Source: Alphaproteobacteria bacterium
Lineage (GTDB): Bacteria; Pseudomonadota; Alphaproteobacteria; UBA828
NCBI GenBank assembly: GCA_965214705.1
Contig: CBDCCI010000002.1
Span: 1,920,001 to 1,984,000 of the forward strand
Direction of reading: 5' to 3'
DNA length: 64,000 nucleotides
Made by a program: the position numbers and the translations under genes. Of this stretch, positions 1 to 8,189 are shown in pieces (position 1 is the stretch's first letter; the number at the start of each line of letters is the position of its first letter). Below the pieces are notes generated by a model, which worked only from the letters and a program-made list of their open reading frames with translations, did no database searches and was not told the origin of the DNA.

Positions 1-246
1 GCGCCGTTCGAGCCCGTGCAATCCGGCAACGGCTGGGACCGCAGCGCCCAGAAAGCCGTCGATCTGCCCGATGGGTCGGCCTGTTACGATCGCCACGGCG
101 CCGCCCAGCGCCTCGCGCAACGCGACCAACAGCGAAGGCAGGCAGTCCGGAACGTCGACGGCCTCCGGCGTCGGCGCGATATCGACGATGCAGCCGTCGA
201 AGTCGAGAAACAATGCCCAATCCAGGCACGGCTCGGGCAGAGTCAT
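1..246 (-). CDS. otsB: Trehalose-6-phosphate phosphatase, 5' part (runs off the window)
   Basis: Not in the ORF track. Manual translation from ATG 246 gives MTLPEPCLDWALFLDFDGCIVDIAPTPEAV...GGAVAIVTGR...AGLHGLERR, with HAD motif DxDG and OtsB-typical AxxTGR and GxHGxE motifs. Alternative GTG start at 255. Confidence 0.85.
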   Translation of the reverse strand, partial: MTLPEPCLDWALFLDFDGCIVDIAPTPEAVDVPDCLPSLLVALREALGGAVAIVTGRPIGQIDGFLGAAVPAVAGLHGLERR

Positions 247-386
247 GGAGCTCACGGTGTTGATAGGCGCCGAACTTTGCCCCCTCCAGAGTTTCGCTGT
301 CTCAATAGGTTACAGTGCCGATCAGCGTCAAATCCCCGCGCCAAACAACAGATTTCGAGAATGGGTAGGAACGCATGAATCCGGGG

Positions 387-436
387 ACTGGTGCCGCAGG
401 AGAGATTCGAACTCCCGACCCATGCATTACGAATGC
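387..436. repeat. att core copy (displaced 3' half of tRNA-Thr)
   Basis: ACTGGTGCCGCAGGAGAGATTCGAACTCCCGACCCATGCATTACGAATGC is identical to 12501-12550. It stops within the anticodon arm and lacks the tRNA 5' half. Confidence 0.97.
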
Positions 437-461
437 CGTGCGCCGCTATAGGTGGTAGCCA

Positions 462-474
462 TATCAAGCCCTTA
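462..474 (+). promoter_or_regulatory. IHF consensus site in the integrase-side att arm
   Basis: TATCAAGCCCTTA matches WATCAANNNNTTR exactly, 25 bp inside the att core. Confidence 0.65.
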
Positions 475-487
475 GCCCCCATATCAT

Positions 488-527
488 GCCGTTCGCGCAC
501 GTTCATTTCCGTTCATTGCCGTTGTTT
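488..527 (+). repeat. Four helically phased CGTT(C) direct repeats (candidate Xis/RDF sites)
   Basis: gccgttcgcg / cacgttcatt / tccgttcatt / gccgttgttt, with a 10-bp period. Confidence 0.5.
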
Positions 528-546
528 CTGGCAACTTGCCAGAAAC
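524..546. repeat. 23-bp perfect palindrome in the left att arm
   Basis: GTTTCTGGCAA-C-TTGCCAGAAAC. Its exact reverse complement lies at 12422-12444. Confidence 0.9.
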
Positions 547-552
547 CCCGCC

Positions 553-1581
553 TCAGCCCCGGCACCCGAGCGCTTCCACGGCGCTCCGCATGTGGTCGGG
601 GTGATGATGCCCATAGGTCGTCTCCAGCATGTCCATGGTCATGCCCAGGAAGCCGCACGCGGCCCATCGGTCGGCGCCCGCCTGCATCATCCACGTCGCA
701 CAGGTCCGCCGCAGGTCGTGCGGAGTGCAATGGTCGATGCCGGCCCCGCGGAGCGCGGTGCGCCATGCCGTCTTGAGGCTGCCCACGGGCTTGCCGTCGA
801 ACTCGACAACCCAGCGGGCGCCTATCCGCTGCCAGCGCCGCAGGTGAGCGAGCAAGCGCGGCGGCACTGGCACGGGCGGGGTCCGCTTGCGCGTCTCGGC
901 GGTGCCGGCCGCGCGGCGGTAGAGCACGCCTTTCTCGGTGTCCACCCATCCGCCCTGCATGTTCGGCATGAACTGGAGGCCCCGCAGCGCTTCGGAGCGC
1001 GTGCCGGTGTAGACGCCCACGAGGATGAAGCGGGCAAGGTGGCGCGCCTTGGGGTTGCGGCGGCACGCCCGGATCAACCGGGCGACCTCATCACGGGTCA
1101 GCCATCGGTCGCGCGGCGGTGCCTTGGGCGGCAGCGTCACTTGCACGTCGGTCACCAACAAGCCCTCGCGCTTGCACCAGTTGATCGCCGCATTCAGGTG
1201 GGCAAGCTCGCGCCGCGCCGTGTCGTTCGCGACGCCCCGATGGCGCACGTAGGCATCGCAGGTAGCGCGGTTGATGCTCGCCACCCTGGCCGGCCCGAAG
1301 TAGGGGCGCAGTGCCTTGATGCTGTAGCCGATCGTCTGCGGTGACTTCACGTTGACCGCATGGCCCTCGCCGTACAGGTCGAATACTTCGTCGTTGGTCA
1401 TGTCCTCCCCGGTGCGCGGCCCTACCGGCCGGCCCCGTTCGGCGATGTACCGTGCGAGCGCCTGGTCAGCTCGTCCTCGATCAGCGGTCCCGGTCGAGAA
1501 CCGCGTCTCGCCGTCGCGGATGTACCAGTTGCCCTTGTTGCCGTTCCGCCAGAGGCGGGCGCCTTTGCTTGGTCTCGGCAT
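553..1581 (-). CDS. int: Tyrosine recombinase (phage integrase)
   Basis: Catalytic motifs YTGTR, HDLRR and a C-terminal YGHH tyrosine; N-terminal arm-binding-like segment; ends about 120 bp from the att core. Confidence 0.95.
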   Translation of the reverse strand: MPRPSKGARLWRNGNKGNWYIRDGETRFSTGTADRGRADQALARYIAERGRPVGPRTGEDMTNDEVFDLYGEGHAVNVKSPQTIGYSIKALRPYFGPARVASINRATCDAYVRHRGVANDTARRELAHLNAAINWCKREGLLVTDVQVTLPPKAPPRDRWLTRDEVARLIRACRRNPKARHLARFILVGVYTGTRSEALRGLQFMPNMQGGWVDTEKGVLYRRAAGTAETRKRTPPVPVPPRLLAHLRRWQRIGARWVVEFDGKPVGSLKTAWRTALRGAGIDHCTPHDLRRTCATWMMQAGADRWAACGFLGMTMDMLETTYGHHHPDHMRSAVEALGCRG

Positions 1582-1736
1582 TTCTCCACGAGCTCCCCCA
1601 GTTGGGCCGCGTCCAGTAGCGGCTTGCGTCCGATCCTCACGATGTAGCCGTGCTGCTCTGCAACCGCGCGGAGCGCCTTGCGGGCCACGCCTAGGCGGTC
1701 GGCCGCTTCGGCGACGGTGAGAAGTTCAGGAATCAT
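1422..1736 (-). CDS. Excisionase-like HTH protein overlapping the integrase start
   Basis: LLTVAEAADRLGV is a MerR/Xis-type HTH start; overlaps int by 160 nt. Confidence 0.7.
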   Translation of the reverse strand: MIPELLTVAEAADRLGVARKALRAVAEQHGYIVRIGRKPLLDAAQLGELVEKCRDQAKAPASGGTATRATGTSATARRGSRPGPLIEDELTRRSHGTSPNGAGR

Positions 1737-1797
1737 TGACCCGCCGCGCGTAGCGCTTCAGCTCGGATTGGGTGACCGGCGCCTTCGGGCTGGGCAT
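1726..1797 (-). CDS. 23-aa micro-ORF or gene remnant (MPSPKAPVTQSELKRYARRVNDS)
   Basis: ATG sits 1 nt after the upstream stop codon; its own stop overlaps the xis start region. Confidence 0.35.
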   Translation of the reverse strand: MPSPKAPVTQSELKRYARRVNDS

Positions 1798-1798
1798 G

Positions 1799-2119
1799 CT
1801 AGTCGTCAACGTCTTTGTGGATGCCCCGAAGCGCAGCGGCCATAAGCGGAGAGGGGATGTAAACGTCTCTTGACCGCCCAGTGTCCGCGTCGGGGACGGT
1901 TCTTATATCGCCGCGCAGCACAGACACCGATGCTGGCTCCGTGCTACCAATGGAACGTGCGGCGATCTCGAGAGCCAAGCGGATGGTACCTACGTCGGTC
2001 AGGCGCCTCCCCCCGGTCGGAGGGTACTGCACCTCGATCATGCTGCGCACGACCGAAAGCATGTGTGCTGTGTCTTCGTTGACCCGAACAGTCCTATTGA
2101 ATTTCCGATCAGCCGCCAT
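1799..2119 (-). CDS. Small putative DNA-binding regulator (ribbon-helix-helix-like N-terminus)
   Basis: ATG 2119 with GGAGGG RBS. RTVRVNEDTAHMLSVVRSMI has a beta-strand-then-helix pattern; the fold call is inference. Confidence 0.5.
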   Translation of the reverse strand: MAADRKFNRTVRVNEDTAHMLSVVRSMIEVQYPPTGGRRLTDVGTIRLALEIAARSIGSTEPASVSVLRGDIRTVPDADTGRSRDVYIPSPLMAAALRGIHKDVDD

Positions 2120-2146
2120 GTCTTCCCTCCGCCAGATTACCCATTC

Positions 2147-2176
2147 GGTATACCATATGGCGCTCGTTATGGTCAA
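2147..2176 (-). promoter_or_regulatory. Candidate sigma70 promoter for the regulator-xis-int operon
   Basis: Minus strand TTGACC-18 nt-TATACC with an extended TG. Overlaps palindromes GGTATACC (2147-2154) and CCATATGG (2153-2160). Confidence 0.45.
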
Positions 2177-2373
2177 CACAAATTTTCACGTTTCATCGGC
2201 TCGCGAAAATCGGGCGACTTGGTAGTGGCCTACGACGGAGTGTACGGCGACGACCTCCCAGGGCGACCTCCCACGACGGACTAATCTCCCCTGGAAGAGG
2301 AATTCAGTGCACTGAGGGGCGCTGCTCGACCGGCTGGCGCGTCATCAACTTCTAGAAGAAGGAGATCAGCATC

Positions 2374-2568
2374 ATGCACTTGGAGCGGGACGAACGAGAC
2401 GCCATCGACATCCTTACCGATGCCATGCGAGATGACAGGCTCGGAAAGGCGGATCAGATCGCCGCCGCCGCCGGCCTACTGCAATTCTCGGCGACGGCCG
2501 CCGTCCAGGACCAGCTTGAGCGCATCGCCGACCACCTCACCGACAAGCCGGCGCCAAAAGTTCCGTAG
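2374..2568 (+). CDS. Hypothetical protein (64 aa), the only plus-strand gene of the element
   Basis: AGAAGGAG RBS upstream; helical composition. Confidence 0.6.
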   Translation: MHLERDERDAIDILTDAMRDDRLGKADQIAAAAGLLQFSATAAVQDQLERIADHLTDKPAPKVP

Positions 2569-2672
2569 AGCGCTCAGGACGCGCGCAAGCCCTCCAGGGT
2601 CGAGAGGTACGGACGGAATGCCGTTCGTCAGGTGCTGCCTGCGGAGCGCTCAGCACGGCGCCGAATTCGGGC

Positions 2673-2987
2673 TTACTGTACCGTCGCCGGCTGCCAACAA
2701 TCCGCGTCCGCCACCATCTGCCCGTCGGACACGAACACAAAGCGGCCGTCGTCCTGCAGCTCGGCTTCGACGGCCCGGTTGAATACCGCCGACAGCACGA
2801 CAGCCGTTTGCTGAGCCTGTAGGGCTGCCAGCATCGCGTCGTTGACCACGACGGCGCCCGTCTCGACACAGTGCGCGTGCGAGAGAACAGCCCACCGCAC
2901 GGCGCCCGCGTCGTCCGCGTCCGGGGCCTCGTTCGCCTTCATCACCTCCAGGATGATATCGAGCGCGCGCCTGAATTCTGCATCCAT
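2673..2987 (-). CDS. Hypothetical protein
   Basis: Starts 9 nt after the upstream stop; globular-looking composition. Confidence 0.6.
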   Translation of the reverse strand: MDAEFRRALDIILEVMKANEAPDADDAGAVRWAVLSHAHCVETGAVVVNDAMLAALQAQQTAVVLSAVFNRAVEAELQDDGRFVFVSDGQMVADADCWQPATVQ

Positions 2988-2996
2988 GATTCGCCC

Positions 2997-3233
2997 CTAT
3001 TCCATCGTCGACGAAGCCCGGCCAAAGCAACCCGCGCAAAGCATTCGCCGCCGCGCGGTTGGTTGAAAGCTGCGTCCGCACAACGCGCACGGGCGCTCAG
3101 GTCGCGCTGCATCCGGTAGGTCGGTCCTATGGTGCTGCGTCTTGTCCGTCTCTGGATTGAAGCCCGAATCCTGTCGCAAATCCTCGCCGACGGCGAGTTG
3201 CTTCCCGTTCCGGTAGAGCGGCCAGCCCATCAT
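2997..3233 (-). CDS. Small zinc-ribbon protein (CxxC...CxxC)
   Basis: CALC-x13-CAGC; ATGA overlap with the upstream gene. Confidence 0.65.
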   Translation of the reverse strand: MMGWPLYRNGKQLAVGEDLRQDSGFNPETDKTQHHRTDLPDAARPERPCALCGRSFQPTARRRMLCAGCFGRASSTME

Positions 3234-3793
3234 CCGCCGCTCGCCAAAAGCGCGCGCACGGCGCTCGGCAACGATTCCGTGTCGAGAACATGGCGCCGCA
3301 GGTGCACATGAGAGATATCCGTCCCCACCGCTAAATCGGGATAGTAGACGATCAAGTGATTGTCGGAGTCCCGCCCAAGAAGCACCCGGCCAAAGCTGGT
3401 CGAGCCGGCAACGTAGAAGGAAGACTCGGTCACTGGCCCGGTGCCGGGGTCGATTGTCCGGTGTCGTATGAACGCACTGGGGATGTACTCCACCGTTCCG
3501 GCAACGCCGACCGAAAAAACCTCATCTTCCGGCAGCACCCACTCGGTCGCCCAGGTGGGTGCGCTATCGTCGCGCGGTTGCTCGGTCACCTCGAAGAATC
3601 CGAGATTTTCAGTAGTAAACAGCCTGCGGAGTTGCCAATCCGGCGTGCCGGCAACGTGCACGTGGGCAAAGAGCGTGTCCACTAGATCGCGAAGGAACGC
3701 CCTATGCCCAGCGGCGGTAATTTCGCCGTCGGAGTTGTCGCGGAATGTGGTGTTGATCGCAGTCCATAGCTCTAGTTGTGTTCTCTCAACCAT
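3230..3793 (-). CDS. Putative virion fibre / decoration protein
   Basis: N-terminal INTTFRDNSDGEITAAGHRAFLRDLVD resembles the N-termini of phage fibre proteins (my recognition); beta-rich C-terminus; located in the morphogenesis operon. Confidence 0.5.
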   Translation of the reverse strand: MVERTQLELWTAINTTFRDNSDGEITAAGHRAFLRDLVDTLFAHVHVAGTPDWQLRRLFTTENLGFFEVTEQPRDDSAPTWATEWVLPEDEVFSVGVAGTVEYIPSAFIRHRTIDPGTGPVTESSFYVAGSTSFGRVLLGRDSDNHLIVYYPDLAVGTDISHVHLRRHVLDTESLPSAVRALLASGG

Positions 3794-4220
3794 AGTCTGC
3801 GCTGTAAGCGGGAGAGTACGCGCGGCGTGGTGCAGGTTCCGGTGCAGGTTCCGGTGCAGGAGCCCTCACCGTGCCAGCGAGCGATAGTCGCACCTCCAGC
3901 AATCGGAGAAAATACTCGCCGTGCAGCGAGCTGTAGTCGGCCGGCCGGTCACTGTCCTCGATGATGGCCGAAAGGTGCGGGCGCAGCGCGTCGAGCGCGT
4001 CAACCGCAATCGCGTCGACGCCTTCCGCCGTCGGCGAGCGGCACTCCAAGGCGAAGGTCTGGGCCCGGCCGCGTCCGGGGTCGAGAGTTTCTTGCCAACC
4101 CGCATCGTCGCAGCGAATCAGTACCGCCGGCCCGCTCGCGTCTGCCGCGTTCTGGAATCGGGTGCGCGCGATCACGACGCCCGGCAACGCCGCTCCCAGG
4201 AGCTCGCCAACGTCAATCAT
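3786..4220 (-). CDS. Putative neck / tail-completion-like protein with Pro-rich C-terminal extension
   Basis: ATG 4220 overlaps the portal stop. About 115-aa alpha/beta core (PAVLIR...FALECRSPTAEGVDAIA) resembles gp17-type tail-completion proteins, followed by APAPEPAPEPAP and RAYSPAYSADYG. Confidence 0.5.
   Translation of the reverse strand: MIDVGELLGAALPGVVIARTRFQNAADASGPAVLIRCDDAGWQETLDPGRGRAQTFALECRSPTAEGVDAIAVDALDALRPHLSAIIEDSDRPADYSSLHGEYFLRLLEVRLSLAGTVRAPAPEPAPEPAPRRAYSPAYSADYG
3829..3860. repeat. 12-bp tandem repeat (GGTGCAGGTTCC x2.7) encoding a PEPA linker
   Basis: Directly visible at 3829-3860. Confidence 0.9.
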
Positions 4221-5301
4221 CGCCGAACGCCAGTCTGCGGGCTTCTGCTTCGCCCATTCCGTCATCGCCCTCGCGGAGCTTGCGGTAAGCCTCAGCGCGG
4301 CGCGCGATCGCGCGCGATTGCACGTCTTCGTCGATCGCCTTCGCGGGGGGAAACGAAACCATCGCGGCGGGGTCGAGCTTCCGCCGCAACTCGACCTCCA
4401 GAATCATTCCGAGCGGCACAATCGTTCCGTTCCAGAGTCGCCGCGCGGCTTCGCGCTGCCCGCTCCCGTCGCCTTGCTCGGCAAAGAGCGCAGCCGGGCA
4501 GCCGAAAGCATTGGCGATCTCGAGTCCGAGTTGCGAGCGGAGCGCAAGCGCGTGCTCGGTTGGCGACGGTCCGTAAGGCTGGCCGGCATACCGCGAGGCC
4601 GGCAATTGCTCTAGGCCGGACGCCTGCCCGGTCGCGATGCCCGTGATTCCGCCCCGCCTGATACTGTCCATGATCGGGTCGGTTTGGCCGGGCCCAGGCA
4701 CGGCCGGCCGCGCCTGCGGGAACAGGATACCGACGGGCAGGCGCGAATAGTCCTGCATTCGCCGCTCCAGGCGCGCGGCAACGTCCGCCGTGGCCCGGCT
4801 GCGCCGAAGCGGCGGCCGGCCCCGCCACCATTGGACCGGATCGGCGCCCGCGGAGACATGCAGGACCGCAGCATCAGGGAGATTGCGGCGGACGGTCGAT
4901 TGCGGACCGCTCAGGGTCAAGTAGTAGTGCCGCGTTTCTTGGCGGTAGTCGCCGCGTGGATCCCAGGTCGAAGCCGGCCGCAACATGACACTGGCGTTCA
5001 TGACCTCGATTGCGAACACCGCATCGCCCGTCAGCGCGAGCGCCCGCCCCGCGAGCGCCAGGCAATCGGCCGTGACCGCCCGGAGCGGCACGGAGTCGGC
5101 GGGCTCGATCACGGCGGACGCGAACGAGCGCGACCATATGCCGACGCAAGCCTCAGCGAGTGCAAGGTGCTCCGGGCGAAGCGAAAGCCCGCTCAGCTCG
5201 CGCTGCTCGGCTTCAACCTGCTCGCGCTCGAGCCGGGCTTCAGCTTCGCGGCGCTCGCCTTCGGCCGAAGCCCGGACAGCACGGCCAGTGAACGGCCACA
5301 T
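4213..5301 (-). CDS. Phage portal protein (HK97-like)
   Basis: EACVGIWSRSFASA and EIANAFGCPAALF correspond to the conserved ACVxxIxxxIA and EIAxxFGVP portal motifs. Confidence 0.85.
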   Translation of the reverse strand: MWPFTGRAVRASAEGERREAEARLEREQVEAEQRELSGLSLRPEHLALAEACVGIWSRSFASAVIEPADSVPLRAVTADCLALAGRALALTGDAVFAIEVMNASVMLRPASTWDPRGDYRQETRHYYLTLSGPQSTVRRNLPDAAVLHVSAGADPVQWWRGRPPLRRSRATADVAARLERRMQDYSRLPVGILFPQARPAVPGPGQTDPIMDSIRRGGITGIATGQASGLEQLPASRYAGQPYGPSPTEHALALRSQLGLEIANAFGCPAALFAEQGDGSGQREAARRLWNGTIVPLGMILEVELRRKLDPAAMVSFPPAKAIDEDVQSRAIARRAEAYRKLREGDDGMGEAEARRLAFGDD

Positions 5302-5310
5302 GGGCAGCCC

Positions 5311-6501
5311 TTACGCGGCGTGTTGAACCTGCACGCGGTCGAAGCCGTCGGCGCGCAGAATTTTGAACGCGCAGAACATGCGTGCGGTCAGCTTGATCTC
5401 GCCTTCGGCCGCGCGCGTCGTTTCGTCGAAGATGATTCGGACGCCCCGCCAGATCGGCGCAACGAAATCGCGCCGCATTCCGCGTCGCACGATCACGTCT
5501 TGCTGGTTCGCGGCCGGCGCCGGAATGTGGTCGGTAACGCGGACGCCCGAAGTGATTCGCCGCAGGGAGTCGATGGCCGAATCGTCGGCAGTGTTGGAGC
5601 GGTACTGCCCCGACATGTGGCTTATGGTCTGGGAGGCGATCAACAGCCGGATTCCGTCTTCGCCCATGACCCATCGCCCGTCGATCTGCCCGTAAACGAG
5701 TCGGGAGCGGTAGGTTGCGAACGTGTCGACGGCGGTCGCATCCGTCCGGGCATTCTCGCTGCCCAACAGCTCGTTCACGATTCGCTCATCGTGCTTTTCC
5801 ATGAGTCCGCTCGTGAGATTCGAGCGCAAATCCGGGTCGAGCATGTCGAATCGCAGGCTATCGGATTCCCGATAGCTGTAGCCGGCTTGAATCCGCCCCG
5901 GCTGCAGCAATTCGCTCGTGATCGTGCCGTCCGTCTCGGCAACAGCCGTCGAATCGGTCAGCCGGTCGGACACGGTGGGGCGCGTGGTCAAGATCGGCCA
6001 AACCGCGTCGCCGGCGGGCACGATGGGCGAGTCGACCATCAAGAACGCCCCTTCGCCCATCGTGAAAATCGGCATGACGGTGCGTTGCTCGCTGGTCTCC
6101 ACATTCGTCGGCACCGTGGTCGCGGCTGCCCGGAACATATCGACGGGCACCGCGTTGTGCGGCAGCTCGTAGTGCGCCTGCAACTCGGCAAGCGCGCCCT
6201 CTTGCGGCTGCTTCAGTCGCAGCCGCTCGACGAATTCGGCCAGCGAAGCCCCGGCCACAACGCCCGCCATTTCGGCGAATTCGCCGTCGCGCGTCGCTTG
6301 GTCGCCGACCATGCTTGCGTGCTGCTCCTGCTCGGCCATCGCCGCGGCCAACTTCCCGCCCATCGTCATCTGCTCGGCCACGAGCGAGTCGACTTCGGCC
6401 TTGATCTCCGATGTTTGCTCGGCCTTGGGTAGCGCCTTGATCTCCTCCAGCCGCTTTTCGATCGCGGCCGCGCGAAGCTGCAATTTCTGAACTTTCGTCA
6501 T
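5311..6501 (-). CDS. Major capsid protein, HK97 fold with N-terminal coiled-coil (delta-like) domain
   Basis: Helical N-terminus of about 120 aa, then VAET...ELLQPGRI...SESD..FD segments and a C-terminal GEIKLTARMFCAFKILRADGF typical of HK97-family capsids. Confidence 0.85.
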   Translation of the reverse strand: MTKVQKLQLRAAAIEKRLEEIKALPKAEQTSEIKAEVDSLVAEQMTMGGKLAAAMAEQEQHASMVGDQATRDGEFAEMAGVVAGASLAEFVERLRLKQPQEGALAELQAHYELPHNAVPVDMFRAAATTVPTNVETSEQRTVMPIFTMGEGAFLMVDSPIVPAGDAVWPILTTRPTVSDRLTDSTAVAETDGTITSELLQPGRIQAGYSYRESDSLRFDMLDPDLRSNLTSGLMEKHDERIVNELLGSENARTDATAVDTFATYRSRLVYGQIDGRWVMGEDGIRLLIASQTISHMSGQYRSNTADDSAIDSLRRITSGVRVTDHIPAPAANQQDVIVRRGMRRDFVAPIWRGVRIIFDETTRAAEGEIKLTARMFCAFKILRADGFDRVQVQHAA

Positions 6502-8126
6502 TCCAATTCCTCCAGTGGGATATGGGTCACGATGGGCGCGGCCGTGGCAGCCGGGCCCATCGCGCGGGTGCCGGCGCCGACGGCCAGCAGGGACGCTACC
6601 AGCGCGTCAATCCGCCCCCGCTTGCGCCGCTTTTCCAGCACGGGGTTGTCGTTCCGCTTTTCGATCTCGACCACGGACTCCTTGATCGCGGACTCGAGCA
6701 ACAGGCACCGGCCCGGCCGCAGCGCTTCGGTATAGGCAGCCCGCTGGAAGCTCCGAAGATCGCTCACGCCGTCCTTGCCGCTCCCGCGTCGGCGCCATTG
6801 CAGCGGCCACCAAAGCCCGAGCTTCGCCCATGCGTCGCGCACTTCGGCCTCTTTGAAGGTGTCGGCGGTCGCGGACATGACGCTTTCGCCCTCGAGCAAG
6901 CCCGAGAACCACTCCAGGAACTCGTAGACCGGGGTTGCGCGCCCCGGCCATGTCCGCAGCTCGCCGCGGTCCGCCATGCGCTCGTAGAGGGTCGCCACGC
7001 CGTCGGCTTCGCCCCTAGCGGCAAGGTCCGGCACGTCGCCGAAGGCGCCATAGCACTCCAGGCGCTGCGAGGCCGGCCAGAATCCGGCCGCACAGGTCAT
7101 GCTCGCCGATTGGCCGATGTCGATACCTACGAAGCACGCCCCGGCACGCGGCGGCCGGTCCTTGTCCGCGCACGCTATCCATACTTCGGGCGGCACGATG
7201 GGCTCAGTATTAGGCGAGCCGACGATATTGAGATCGAAGACTCGGAAGTCCGCCGCATCGTTCGGCGAGGCCGCAGCGCGCCGCGCCATGTCCGCCATGT
7301 AGGACCGTGACTTGACGGTATCGAGCGCGGGGTTTGCGGCTTCCCAAGCTCGCTCATCGTCGAGCGCGCAGTTTGCCGGCGCCGCGTGCACGTGCACGGC
7401 CACCGCCGGATCATCCTTGCGCTCGATCATCTCGGCACTGAGCGGAGAATCCCCAAGCACTGAGATCGCGATCAGCCGGCCGTTGCGCGCGCTCGTGCTC
7501 GACAACAGCCCGGCCACCAGGTCGCGCCCGCCCCTGACCGGGAAAAGGCCCAACTCATCGCAGATCGCGAGATCGAATCCGCTCGCATGGCCGGCCGTCC
7601 GGTCAGCCGACAAGAATTCTGCGCGGCCCCATGCTGAGTCGATCTTGCGCGGCACCTTCCCGAAGGTGAGGCCCCGCAGCGCGCCCGCCTCGGCAATCGC
7701 TTTGCATTGCTCCCAAAGCTCGCCGGCCTTGTCACGATTCACGCTCGCCACGCCGCACCGCCAGCCGCGCCGACGCAGCGGCCCATCGTCCGCGAGGTGC
7801 GCCAGAATCAGCACCGCGAGCACCGCCGACTTGGAATTCTTGCGTGCACAGAACAGCCCGGCTTCGCGAACGCCCGGCGCCAGTGCGTCGCGGAAGAAAT
7901 CGACCGCGAAGGCCGGCAGCGTCATCGGCTGGTCGGCATTCTCGTGACCGTGCGGCACGATCAGGCGCTTTTCGGCCCAGTCCGCCACCGCCTGCGCGGG
8001 GTCCATCGGGAGCGGCGGTAGAGGCTCGACGGGCTCAGGCGCTCGCTCGCAAGGCTCAGTCAGGCGCCGTCCGCCGTTCGCTTTGCGGCGCTCGCGATAG
8101 GTCCGCATGTAGGCAGCACGACTCAT
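6498..8126 (-). CDS. terL: Terminase large subunit
   Basis: Walker A-like ARKNSKS, Walker B AICDELG, WEAANPAL, nuclease GID and C-terminal KRRKRGRIDALVA. Confidence 0.92.
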   Translation of the reverse strand: MSRAAYMRTYRERRKANGGRRLTEPCERAPEPVEPLPPLPMDPAQAVADWAEKRLIVPHGHENADQPMTLPAFAVDFFRDALAPGVREAGLFCARKNSKSAVLAVLILAHLADDGPLRRRGWRCGVASVNRDKAGELWEQCKAIAEAGALRGLTFGKVPRKIDSAWGRAEFLSADRTAGHASGFDLAICDELGLFPVRGGRDLVAGLLSSTSARNGRLIAISVLGDSPLSAEMIERKDDPAVAVHVHAAPANCALDDERAWEAANPALDTVKSRSYMADMARRAAASPNDAADFRVFDLNIVGSPNTEPIVPPEVWIACADKDRPPRAGACFVGIDIGQSASMTCAAGFWPASQRLECYGAFGDVPDLAARGEADGVATLYERMADRGELRTWPGRATPVYEFLEWFSGLLEGESVMSATADTFKEAEVRDAWAKLGLWWPLQWRRRGSGKDGVSDLRSFQRAAYTEALRPGRCLLLESAIKESVVEIEKRNDNPVLEKRRKRGRIDALVASLLAVGAGTRAMGPAATAAPIVTHIPLEELE

Positions 8127-8189
8127 CGGCGGTAACAGTTTCGAGGCCGCCGGCGCTGTTGGTTGGCGGACGGTCTGGAGGCCGGCGCC

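Noticed and set aside
299-312. IHF-like site outside the element (CTCAATAGGTTA)
   Set aside because: It mismatches the consensus, and I found no other trace of an older element.
387-436. Second tRNA-Thr gene
   Set aside because: Only the 3' 48 nt of the tRNA are present; it is the att duplication.
491-514. LexA boxes in the left att arm (GTTC repeats)
   Set aside because: Spacing is GTTC-N6-GTTC (10-bp period), not N7, and it lies downstream of int rather than at a promoter.
4684-6432. Long antisense ORFs (e.g. 4684-6432, 24600-26507, 34782-36764, 59696-60895 extension)
   Set aside because: Shadows of real genes in high-GC DNA, with no motifs of their own.
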